In this document: in pieces, positions 53,949-61,678 of the stretch
Position numbering within the stretch: position 1 is the stretch's first letter
How the letters are laid out: every line of letters begins with the position of its first letter
IMG/VR virus record: IMGVR_UViG_3300000976_000012
Coordinates: 1-64,000 of that record
Length of the DNA stretch: 64,000 bases
Strand: one strand, 5' to 3'
Source of the DNA: a virus
Translations under genes and position numbers: made by a program
The notes under the pieces: model-generated
Seen by the model: the letters and a program-made list of their open reading frames with translations, nothing else
What the model was told of the DNA's origin: nothing
The model's database searches: none

Positions 53949-53981
53949 GAAAGTCCTTTCAGCCCTGAATTTCTATGAATT

Positions 53982-54010
53982 ATAATACCGTACCTCTGAT
54001 TTGTTGTCAA
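53982..54010 (-). promoter_or_regulatory. sigma70-like promoter (TTGACAACAAATC class)
   Basis: TTGACA-17-TATTAT, 34 nt upstream of ATG 53948. Confidence 0.6.
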
Positions 54011-54019
54011 CGATCTAGA

Positions 54020-54514
54020 CTACGTTTCCGCGTACAATTCTCGGTCATTCGCTGTCTTTACTGTGTGGCAGGGTGGGCATCGAGTTGCCATGTTTTTCAG
54101 TGTCCATAGCTCATGCGGGTTACCTTGTTTTGGAGCCTCGGATAACGGGATAATGTGATCTAATTCCCACCGCCCTAAAGCTAACGGCTTCAACCCCGGT
54201 TTGCCATAATCAACCGGGTTCAATATCTCTTCTATAATGCGACGAACTTGATCACTAGATTGACCACCCGGTGAACAATCCATACCACAATCAGCGCAGA
54301 TACCCCGATCCCTTACGAATACAAATCGACGGGCAACCTGCGGATTATTCATAATAGACCATTTAAGAGAGCACTCTGAATGCCAGAACGCTCCCTTATT
54401 GATCTTACCTTGCCGGTCGATGATACGATCACCACAAAACTTGCAGTGACCACGCTTTGGCTTGAGCATAAAGCGTGGCCGAGGCGGTATTCGGTGTCGC
54501 CCCTTCCTACGCAT
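54020..54514 (-). CDS. HNH endonuclease
   Basis: Start set at ATG 54514 (TAATG overlap with the nrdJ stop). CKFCG...HSEC...ELDHIIPLSE...CPPCHTVKT. Confidence 0.75.
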   Translation of the reverse strand: MRRKGRHRIPPRPRFMLKPKRGHCKFCGDRIIDRQGKINKGAFWHSECSLKWSIMNNPQVARRFVFVRDRGICADCGMDCSPGGQSSDQVRRIIEEILNPVDYGKPGLKPLALGRWELDHIIPLSEAPKQGNPHELWTLKNMATRCPPCHTVKTANDRELYAET

Positions 54515-57063
54515 TACTTCTCCTCGTTGAACTCCACGGGGCAAGCACCGCCGTCGCAATCAATATGGACTTTGTTGATGTCCTCGCTGATGTCACCTGA
54601 TTTTGAGATGGCTCGTGCAATACCCTCAAACTCCGCTTTAGATACTGATTGCTCAGGGAGATATTCGTATGCCCCCATATCGTCAACCTGCGGCATGACA
54701 CTCACACAGCGCACCTCTGGTTGGTGATGTGCGATAGTCCGGGCAAACTCTTCGTAGGGCGTATCACTCGGCTTGTACTTGAGTGTGTAACTGATCTGGT
54801 TGCCATACGGCTCTAGCGTTTTCATGTCCGCTTGGAAACTGGCCGGATCGTGGCCTTCCAGCCAAAACGCCTCACCTAGTTTTAGCCATAAGAATTGCTG
54901 GTCCATGCTGGCCTCGCCAGCGGTTACGATGTGCTCTTCAATACCTTCAAGTTCGGTGATTGTTGGTATAGTTGGGAAGCCAACAATGGTGTGGCCTTTG
55001 TACTCTTTCAATTCACGTACCGGATAACCGAGTTCGCGATAAGTATCCACCAATGAGTCACCGTTGCGATACTGAACCCACCTCATGTAACGCTTCATTG
55101 CGGGCAAGTGCCAGCCTTCAGTCAATCCAAACAACTTAGACACTGATCCAGATGGTTTAATGGTCGTGACCGTGTGTGGAGGCTCTACGCCAAGCTCATC
55201 TGCGTAATGACGGCTCTCTAAATAGGACGCCCGTGACAGCTTGCCGAGACAGTTCCAAAACGCTGCGGCCCGGACGCAGGGATTATCGTGATTTGCACCG
55301 GGGCAATAGCTGTCATCCTTGCCTTGATACTCTTCTATCCATACCTCAAAGTCAGGATGGATAAGGTGATTAAAACCGATGTTGAAAAACTTCCACGCAA
55401 ACTCATGCACACCAGTCAATCCTACGCCAATGCGGTTCGTTCTGGCTACCTCTGCGTTATACAGGCTGTCCATGAGATTGACCCGTATCAAAGCGCGTGT
55501 CGTGGATCGTATGGCATCCTCTGCCTGCTCCAGCGTATCTGCGTGGAACGGAACGACGTCCGCAATGACGCAAAAACCTCCTAGAACAAACAGGGCGATC
55601 TCGCCGCATGGATTTGTGATATATCCATTTGGTTTCTTGCGAACGGCTTTCGCGAGCCTCTGAAGATATATGCGTGTCTCGTCTTTGGTGGTGTACCGCT
55701 TCGACCGCACGTAGTCACCGGAACGGTACGCCCCTTCATCTGTGCCAGCACGATTGTCATGCAGCATGTCGCTGTTGATCAGTCCCGGCTCACCTGTGCC
55801 GTCTCCATAAGAGCACTCAGATACGCGTTTCAGGACGGCACGTGCCTTGACGCTAAGCGGTGATTGATAATCAGCGTGATCCTCGGTGAGCTTGGCGCGA
55901 CGCCAAAACTCTTTGTCCACTGTCACACTGTTGTTGGATGACCATAAGAAAGCCATGGGCGGGAAGTCGAGGTCAGCAGTGTACGCCTGCACCTCGTCCA
56001 TTGTCATGCCTTCAAATTCGATTGGACGTTTGATCTCAATGAAGTCGAGAATGTCTGGATCACTCCAGTGCTTTGTGCTCATCCGAGCGGCGCGACGCGC
56101 TCCACCCACAAGCACAGGCTCCGCTAGAAAATGATCGATGTATAGCGCTTGCATCCATGGCTTGAGGCCAGCACCCTTGATCTTGGCGATCTTCTCTATG
56201 GTATTCATTAGAGGGACCGGGCCGGATGATGGGCGTCCTTGCATTCCTATGATTGGTGCACCTTCCGGGCGGACATCGCTGAAGTCGATAATCAACATGT
56301 CGTCTTTGTAGGCTTTCTGGAAAGCCATGACTTCCATAAGCTCGATAGCCTCTGCCCACCCCTCACGACTGTCAGGCACCTTAAACCAATGCACACTATC
56401 ACCCTTACCGTATAGGTGTTGCGCATCTCGTACAGCGGTGTGTTGGCCAAACTTAAAATCGGCATGGCCTTCAGCGAGCACCACGCGGACAGTCGGCATG
56501 TGATCCCAATTGATCAATACCATATCATCATCGTAGCACCTACCTACCCCGGCACCATTCAGCAACAAATAGAACAGTGCAAAGCTAGACGCCGATGTGG
56601 CGCAGTTACAGAATACTTCCATAGGTCGTTTGGTCTGATGGGTGTCGCCTTGCTGAAGGTGCCGCCCAGACATCAACGTCCTACCTGTAGCGATATGTCC
56701 TTGCAGCGCAGCCAACTCAGCGTCTGTATGCTCAATAGACCAATCTTGGTCTGTCAGTGACAAGAGACTAACATTGCCTGTTGCAACGCGTTGCGCAACC
56801 TCTCCCCATTCTTCCCACCGCGTAGGAGGCTCTTGACCACGCATAGGTGCGTTTTCATCCATCGTGACATCGAACCCACCTGTGTTGTGTAGTGCCACAA
56901 GCCACGGTCGCATATCTGGATCATTCGGATTAATCTTAATATCTGCGTCAAGCAAACTCATTGCTTCGTCTGTCAGCACCTTCCGCAGGTATGTTCGTTC
57001 AGCTACGGCTTTACCCATTCCGGGGTGAAGTGGGCGATAAGGTACAACGGCATTGGACTGCAT
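54514..57063 (-). CDS. nrdJ: ribonucleotide reductase, class II (B12-dependent) type
   Basis: 849 aa with the active-site ITNPCGEI and a C-terminal Cys pair CDGGACP. No NrdB partner or ATP-cone is seen in the window. Confidence 0.8.
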   Translation of the reverse strand: MQSNAVVPYRPLHPGMGKAVAERTYLRKVLTDEAMSLLDADIKINPNDPDMRPWLVALHNTGGFDVTMDENAPMRGQEPPTRWEEWGEVAQRVATGNVSLLSLTDQDWSIEHTDAELAALQGHIATGRTLMSGRHLQQGDTHQTKRPMEVFCNCATSASSFALFYLLLNGAGVGRCYDDDMVLINWDHMPTVRVVLAEGHADFKFGQHTAVRDAQHLYGKGDSVHWFKVPDSREGWAEAIELMEVMAFQKAYKDDMLIIDFSDVRPEGAPIIGMQGRPSSGPVPLMNTIEKIAKIKGAGLKPWMQALYIDHFLAEPVLVGGARRAARMSTKHWSDPDILDFIEIKRPIEFEGMTMDEVQAYTADLDFPPMAFLWSSNNSVTVDKEFWRRAKLTEDHADYQSPLSVKARAVLKRVSECSYGDGTGEPGLINSDMLHDNRAGTDEGAYRSGDYVRSKRYTTKDETRIYLQRLAKAVRKKPNGYITNPCGEIALFVLGGFCVIADVVPFHADTLEQAEDAIRSTTRALIRVNLMDSLYNAEVARTNRIGVGLTGVHEFAWKFFNIGFNHLIHPDFEVWIEEYQGKDDSYCPGANHDNPCVRAAAFWNCLGKLSRASYLESRHYADELGVEPPHTVTTIKPSGSVSKLFGLTEGWHLPAMKRYMRWVQYRNGDSLVDTYRELGYPVRELKEYKGHTIVGFPTIPTITELEGIEEHIVTAGEASMDQQFLWLKLGEAFWLEGHDPASFQADMKTLEPYGNQISYTLKYKPSDTPYEEFARTIAHHQPEVRCVSVMPQVDDMGAYEYLPEQSVSKAEFEGIARAISKSGDISEDINKVHIDCDGGACPVEFNEEK

Positions 57064-57135
57064 AAGTAGGTTCCTATTTTTAGTTTGAGAATTTACTTAT
57101 GAAAAACTCAAACCTACTTGTCCAGAATTTTCGAC

Positions 57136-57149
57136 TGCAACCCGTTGCA
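57136..57149. repeat. 14-bp palindromic motif copy 17
   Basis: Intergenic, 73 nt upstream of the nrdJ ATG and next to a long inverted repeat. Confidence 0.9.
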
Positions 57150-57213
57150 CCATACAGAAAGGCCCGATGCCATTACAGCACCGAGCCACCCTGACAAGGA
57201 TTGCAGGATTTTA

Positions 57214-58575
57214 TCAGGCGGCCTTTTCTTCCGCCTCCTCTTCGCTGGCTTCTTCTGTCTCGCCAACCGGGGTAGTAGTGATCTTCACACCAAAACGTGC
57301 TTCTGCCAGTTCCACGGTCTGTTCGAGTGTCATGTCAGAGCCATCCGAGTGACCACGCCAATCGTTCACAATATATGCAAACGCCTTGCCCATATCTTCC
57401 TCGCCGATTGCCGCCATGGCTTCCGTGATACCTTCATTGACGCCAATAGCATCTTCTTCCGCTACACTGAAGCTGAACTTAGTCATCTTCACGGTGTCAC
57501 CACCGCGAGTTGCGACTTCGTAGTTCTTCTTGATGTGCTCAGTAAGTTCATCGCGAGTAGTAGTCTTTGCCATTTCCAGCAAAGCGTCCTTGTCGCGCTT
57601 GAGATCGTCGATGGCGATCCGAGCAATTTCCTTAGCTTTCGACCAACCGATGTCAGCCAGTTCCGTTTCGCCGATATTGGCCAGCGAACACGCACGATAG
57701 ACTGAGATCAGATAGCGCGCCTTGCGATATTCCAGATCGAGCTCACCATCGATATAGTCTTTGAAAGCGTTCTTGCCGTCATAGCCCATCTGCTTATGGA
57801 TGCCGGTCTGGTCAACGTGGTCCAAAACACCACCAAGGGTGAAGTAAGTTCGCTCAACCTGCTCAATCAAATGACGGGCAGCGTCCGTGGCATTGTCCGC
57901 ATCGGACAGTGCTTTGGTGACTGATGCCATCGGAGCAATCTGCTCTGGCTCGGACTTCTTGACTTCCGTCTTTTTGTTCTTCGCTTCCGCTTTTGGTTTT
58001 TCTTCTTCAACAGGGGCCGACCTGGCAGCTTCGATAGCTTCAATGCGGTCTTTCTTGGTGACTGCATTCGAGATGTCCGCACCTTCGTCTTTGGCAATGG
58101 CCGCAATTTCCTTGACGGTCATCCGTTCATTCAGGGCGGGGAGGTCTTCAGAGGCGCTCTCGCTATCCCTGACCGCTTCACTGTCACCTGCTTCACTGTC
58201 ACCTGCTTCAGCTTCGCTGGAGTTATCTTCAGCTTCTTCGATGTCGTCACCGCCTTCAGCATCACCTGTTTCCAGTTCGGCTGCTTCGATTTCTGAGAGG
58301 AATACCCGCTCAGCATGTGACGGTTCACCACTGTCTTTATCCAGCAATTCGTTACCGTCTTCATCAACGCCTACAACTACAATGTCGCCTTCGCCTTCAT
58401 CGAAACGAATGATCTTCACAGGCATGTCTTTTTCGAGGATTTCTTCCTCTCCTTCGACTGCGGATGAGTATCCGTTAAACAAGGCGAACGCACCAGTTGT
58501 GATGCCTACTGCCTTAGCTTGAGCTTTGAGGCTCTGCTTGTCTTCGTCTGCCATTTTCTTCATCTCCTGTGGCAT
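57214..58575 (-). CDS. acidic HeH/SAP-motif protein
   Basis: 453 aa with a very acidic centre, HeH-like MTVKEIAAIAKDEGADIS, and a C-terminal helical domain with weak ParB-HTH flavour. Confidence 0.55.
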   Translation of the reverse strand: MPQEMKKMADEDKQSLKAQAKAVGITTGAFALFNGYSSAVEGEEEILEKDMPVKIIRFDEGEGDIVVVGVDEDGNELLDKDSGEPSHAERVFLSEIEAAELETGDAEGGDDIEEAEDNSSEAEAGDSEAGDSEAVRDSESASEDLPALNERMTVKEIAAIAKDEGADISNAVTKKDRIEAIEAARSAPVEEEKPKAEAKNKKTEVKKSEPEQIAPMASVTKALSDADNATDAARHLIEQVERTYFTLGGVLDHVDQTGIHKQMGYDGKNAFKDYIDGELDLEYRKARYLISVYRACSLANIGETELADIGWSKAKEIARIAIDDLKRDKDALLEMAKTTTRDELTEHIKKNYEVATRGGDTVKMTKFSFSVAEEDAIGVNEGITEAMAAIGEEDMGKAFAYIVNDWRGHSDGSDMTLEQTVELAEARFGVKITTTPVGETEEASEEEAEEKAA

Positions 58576-58623
58576 TTACATGGATTGCAAAACCACCACA
58601 AAAATTGCTGCGGTGGTGGTTAC

Positions 58624-58652
58624 ACAATACGGCGCGACAGATTTTATGTCAA
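58624..58652 (-). promoter_or_regulatory. cassette promoter
   Basis: TTGACATAAAAT with a -10 TATTGT at 17 nt. The palindrome lies 8 nt upstream. 38 bp are identical to 38566..38603. Confidence 0.6.
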
Positions 58653-59272
58653 GAGAATAGTGCAACGGGTTGCACCGGCTCTAGTCCGTGTCTCTTACGT
58701 AAATTGAGGATAAGCCCCTTCTGTTCGTCATCGATTTCTATATGCTCGTCTGTCCAAACGCAAGCGGCGATTAACGCCAACACTGCTGCATCAGCTTCGT
58801 CGTCCTGCGGAATGTCCAACCCCCATCGTTCCTTCAAAGCCGCGATGACTGCGGGCTTAGGTGAATTACCCTTACCTGTGGCAAACTGCTTCAGTTCGTT
58901 TGGCGTCACCTCTATATAAGAGACGCCCATATCATGCAGTAATAAACGCGCTACACCTCCCCATTCCCCTATATTAGCGAGACGACCTCTCGATCCCATG
59001 CTGTACCCTTCGATAGCTAGCAAGGTGGGTAAAAGCCCACTGAAATTGTTTTCTAACTGATCCCGCAAACTAGCGAGCCGATGTGCTCCTCGTTTCTTTG
59101 TTTGCGGTTTGATGCACCCGTGCCTCATCTGCCCATATCGGATTGTGGCATCTCCCGTGCTGGTTAGAGATAAATCCAGTCCACTAAATTTCTCAGTGAA
59201 CGAAGGGAAACCTCCTATCGGTGCACCGTATAAAACTGGGTTACCTCGCTTGCGTTTAGGTGGATCAATCAT
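58649..59272 (-). CDS. RuvC-like Holliday junction resolvase
   Basis: GLDLSLTSTGDA, AIEGYSMG and DEADAAVLAL fit the RuvC acidic residues. Start ATG 59272 (ATGA overlap) gives the N-terminus MIDPPKRKRGNP. Confidence 0.6.
   Translation of the reverse strand: MIDPPKRKRGNPVLYGAPIGGFPSFTEKFSGLDLSLTSTGDATIRYGQMRHGCIKPQTKKRGAHRLASLRDQLENNFSGLLPTLLAIEGYSMGSRGRLANIGEWGGVARLLLHDMGVSYIEVTPNELKQFATGKGNSPKPAVIAALKERWGLDIPQDDEADAAVLALIAACVWTDEHIEIDDEQKGLILNLRKRHGLEPVQPVALFS
58661..58674. repeat. 14-bp palindromic motif copy 18
   Basis: Lies inside the last codons of the RuvC-like gene (P-V-Q-P-V-A-L-F-S-stop), 8 nt upstream of the -35. Confidence 0.9.
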
Positions 59273-60216
59273 AGGCTGAAACACAGATTGGCGCGACGGC
59301 AAGACTTGGCTTTCTTACAATCAATTGTGTCGCATATCTCACGTCGGGGGAGGGTACGCGCCCTGTTACTCCGAGCGATAATGCCGGCACGTCTAAACAA
59401 TGATTGTACTTGGCCTTCCCACTCATCTGCTTCGATACGATACTCTTTGTAAATCGACTTGTCTTTGGTCTTCCATTGAAAGTCTTTCCGGACATACAGT
59501 ATCTTGACGAAAGGAAATACTTGCATTCCGGCAAGGCGATAAAGCTCTCTGTACATCATCGCCTGCAATATATGATCTGCCAGAGCTTCCTTCAATTTGT
59601 CGAATTGCTCTTTATTCATGGATTTAACTTCGATCACCATATACCAGCCACGCTCCACAAGCGTGATGTCTGGTGAGCCAATGACACCTGCGGTATGATC
59701 AACCAATAGAGGTTCTTCGTAACGCGTCAACGACCCTCCACAGCGAGTGCACTTATGGCTTTCGTTTGGTTTGTTCAAATCTCGGACCTTGGAGCCTCCG
59801 CACCGACAACTCCACACTCCGTAAATACCCATGCCGCCACGCGATGCGATGATTCCGTCTTTGACATGCTTTTCGGCTGCGCGGCCTAATGCCCACACTA
59901 CCTTCATAGCCCCCTGCACCTCTTCACTCAACGGTAATCCGTACTGGTAGCTGATTACTTGCTCTCTTTCACAACAACCAATCAATGAAGATACATGCGA
60001 GTACCCTTCGATCCCTTCCTGCTTCGATCCCCCTGATCGGGTCTCGACCGGCACACGATCTGATCTCTCCAACATCTCTTTGAGCACATCGTTTTCGATA
60101 GTGGGAGCGCTAGAGGATATACCCGCCCCTTCTGGAATAGACGGGCGATCTGCAACCTGTTGCACAGGCCGAGACCTGCGTGCTTTACTTCCTATCGCGC
60201 TGAGCAAGCTACTCAT
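59269..60216 (-). CDS. Cas4/RecB-like PD-(D/E)XK exonuclease
   Basis: DITLV...VIEVKS and QAMMY motifs. Cys clusters CRCGG..CTRCGG and a C-terminal CDTIDCKKAKSC. Confidence 0.6.
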   Translation of the reverse strand: MSSLLSAIGSKARRSRPVQQVADRPSIPEGAGISSSAPTIENDVLKEMLERSDRVPVETRSGGSKQEGIEGYSHVSSLIGCCEREQVISYQYGLPLSEEVQGAMKVVWALGRAAEKHVKDGIIASRGGMGIYGVWSCRCGGSKVRDLNKPNESHKCTRCGGSLTRYEEPLLVDHTAGVIGSPDITLVERGWYMVIEVKSMNKEQFDKLKEALADHILQAMMYRELYRLAGMQVFPFVKILYVRKDFQWKTKDKSIYKEYRIEADEWEGQVQSLFRRAGIIARSNRARTLPRREICDTIDCKKAKSCRRANLCFSL

Positions 60217-60572
60217 TTCTTAGCCCCGTCTATCAGGGCATCCAATGCCCACGTTGGTATGACCGCAACGGAAACCGGGTCATTTTGATTATCAATCTCG
60301 ATCTCCAAAACCGGCAACTCTCCTACAGACAGGGCTTGCATCTCTATCGTCTCAATGATCTCACGGGTCACCCTGAAACTCTTGTGCTGCGTGGTCTTAG
60401 CCTCCAGTCGGACAATTCCCTCAATCTGTACGTCACCCTTACAGTCTCCTGCCCCTGATCCTTTGACCTGTTGAGCGCCAAGCCGGGCGGCAATGCTCGC
60501 CTCCTGTACCTTTGACCTCTTAACAGACGCGTGCTGTCCTTTCAGTCGCTTGGGCAGACGTAGCTCAGTCAT
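60213..60572 (-). CDS. small PD-(D/E)XK (Hjc-like) nuclease, putative
   Basis: 119 aa with GSGAGDCKGDV...RLEAKTT. Confidence 0.4.
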   Translation of the reverse strand: MTELRLPKRLKGQHASVKRSKVQEASIAARLGAQQVKGSGAGDCKGDVQIEGIVRLEAKTTQHKSFRVTREIIETIEMQALSVGELPVLEIEIDNQNDPVSVAVIPTWALDALIDGAKK

Positions 60573-61678
60573 AGATAATTACGGTCTAGGCCACGACTCT
60601 CTCGATAGTCGCCAATCAATCGCGTCTTGAAGTGGTCAAAGAAATCAAAGTTAGAGTACATATAATCTGCGATCTCTTGAAGCCTTCCAAACTTCTGATC
60701 TACCCCATCAACTCGCCATGTAGAGCCACCACCTGATACCACGCCAGTAGATTTACCCCACTTCACCACGGTCTCAGCATCATCTACAAAACCCTGACCA
60801 AGTGGGTGATCTGGATTACGGATCATCTTAAAATTGCCTTCACGGGGGCCGTTGCCTACCTTGTTCTTTTTGATGTTGAATGGATGCTCATTGTAGTCGA
60901 TCTGGTGATGGCCGTCGTCGTCTCGACCGTCCTTCTCTTTGTTCTTGAAATCGATCTTGATGCTGGCGAGATAGTGCTGCGCCGTGCCACCGGGCAGTAC
61001 ACGGGGGTCACCGTACACCTGCCCTACTTTGTAGCGCCACTGGTTGACCAAATAGACTGCGACATTATGTCCTCGATGTCGTTCCGCAATCATTTCTGAT
61101 TGGATCGTGGCACAAAACCGATTTATCAACCTAGCCTGTTCTGCAACCACTGCGTCCTCAAACGACTTTTGCTTGGTCTTCATCGGCATAATACCGGACA
61201 GACTATCGATCATAAGACAACTTACTTCAGCAGTCTTGATCATGGCCACAGCGATGTCGAGAGCCTGCTCTCCGTTCTCCGGTTGGACAAGAGCTAGGTT
61301 CTCGTTGTCGATGCCATGCACAGCGCCCCAATCAAGATCGTAGGTGCCTTCAGTGTCGATAAGTACAGGCGTTTTCTTTGGGTATTTTTTCTGCGCTTGT
61401 CCAAGCATTCGCAAACCCATAGTTGTTTTACCGCTGTGCTCCCATCCAAAACCGAGCGTAGCCAAGCCTTCTGGCAACCCACCAAACATGGCTATGTCAA
61501 GAGAAAAGATACCCGTGCTTATGTGTTTCCAACGTGGCTTCATATCAGCACGGGTCAATACAGCGGGGCCGTGCGCCTTAGAAATCATGCCCATGGCTTT
61601 GGATAGCTCAGAGCTGCTGTCATTCAGCGCGTTCTTCGCCACTTTCTTACGGCGTGCAGGTGGGTTCACATCGGTCAT
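60569..61678 (-). CDS. RecA-like recombination ATPase
   Basis: Walker A GWEHSGKTT and Walker B CLMIDSL. N-terminus is MTDVNPPARRKKV. Confidence 0.65.
   Translation of the reverse strand: MTDVNPPARRKKVAKNALNDSSSELSKAMGMISKAHGPAVLTRADMKPRWKHISTGIFSLDIAMFGGLPEGLATLGFGWEHSGKTTMGLRMLGQAQKKYPKKTPVLIDTEGTYDLDWGAVHGIDNENLALVQPENGEQALDIAVAMIKTAEVSCLMIDSLSGIMPMKTKQKSFEDAVVAEQARLINRFCATIQSEMIAERHRGHNVAVYLVNQWRYKVGQVYGDPRVLPGGTAQHYLASIKIDFKNKEKDGRDDDGHHQIDYNEHPFNIKKNKVGNGPREGNFKMIRNPDHPLGQGFVDDAETVVKWGKSTGVVSGGGSTWRVDGVDQKFGRLQEIADYMYSNFDFFDHFKTRLIGDYRESRGLDRNYL

Noticed and set aside
58591-58621. 9-bp hairpin AACCACCAC...GTGGTGGTT followed by TTTG, as a leader attenuator of 57214..58575.
   Set aside because: The 5' arm begins only 2-3 nt after the -10. 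Transcripts from this promoter would lack most of it. It might act only on read-through from upstream, and the evidence is too weak to call.
1366-58674. The 14-bp palindrome as an intrinsic terminator or generic RNA hairpin.
   Set aside because: The centre is only 2 nt, so at most a 5-6 bp stem with a tetraloop can form. No consistent U-tract follows. Flanks do not extend the stem consistently, and the sequence is invariant rather than covarying.
1366-58674. The palindrome as a sigma54 promoter (TGGCAC-N5-TTGCA) or a LacI-family operator.
   Set aside because: The GG and GC spacing of sigma54 elements does not fit. The geometry (14 bp, 2-bp centre) resembles LacI-type sites, but the centre is CC/GG rather than CG. 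No LacI-like protein is seen, so this is only a loose analogy.
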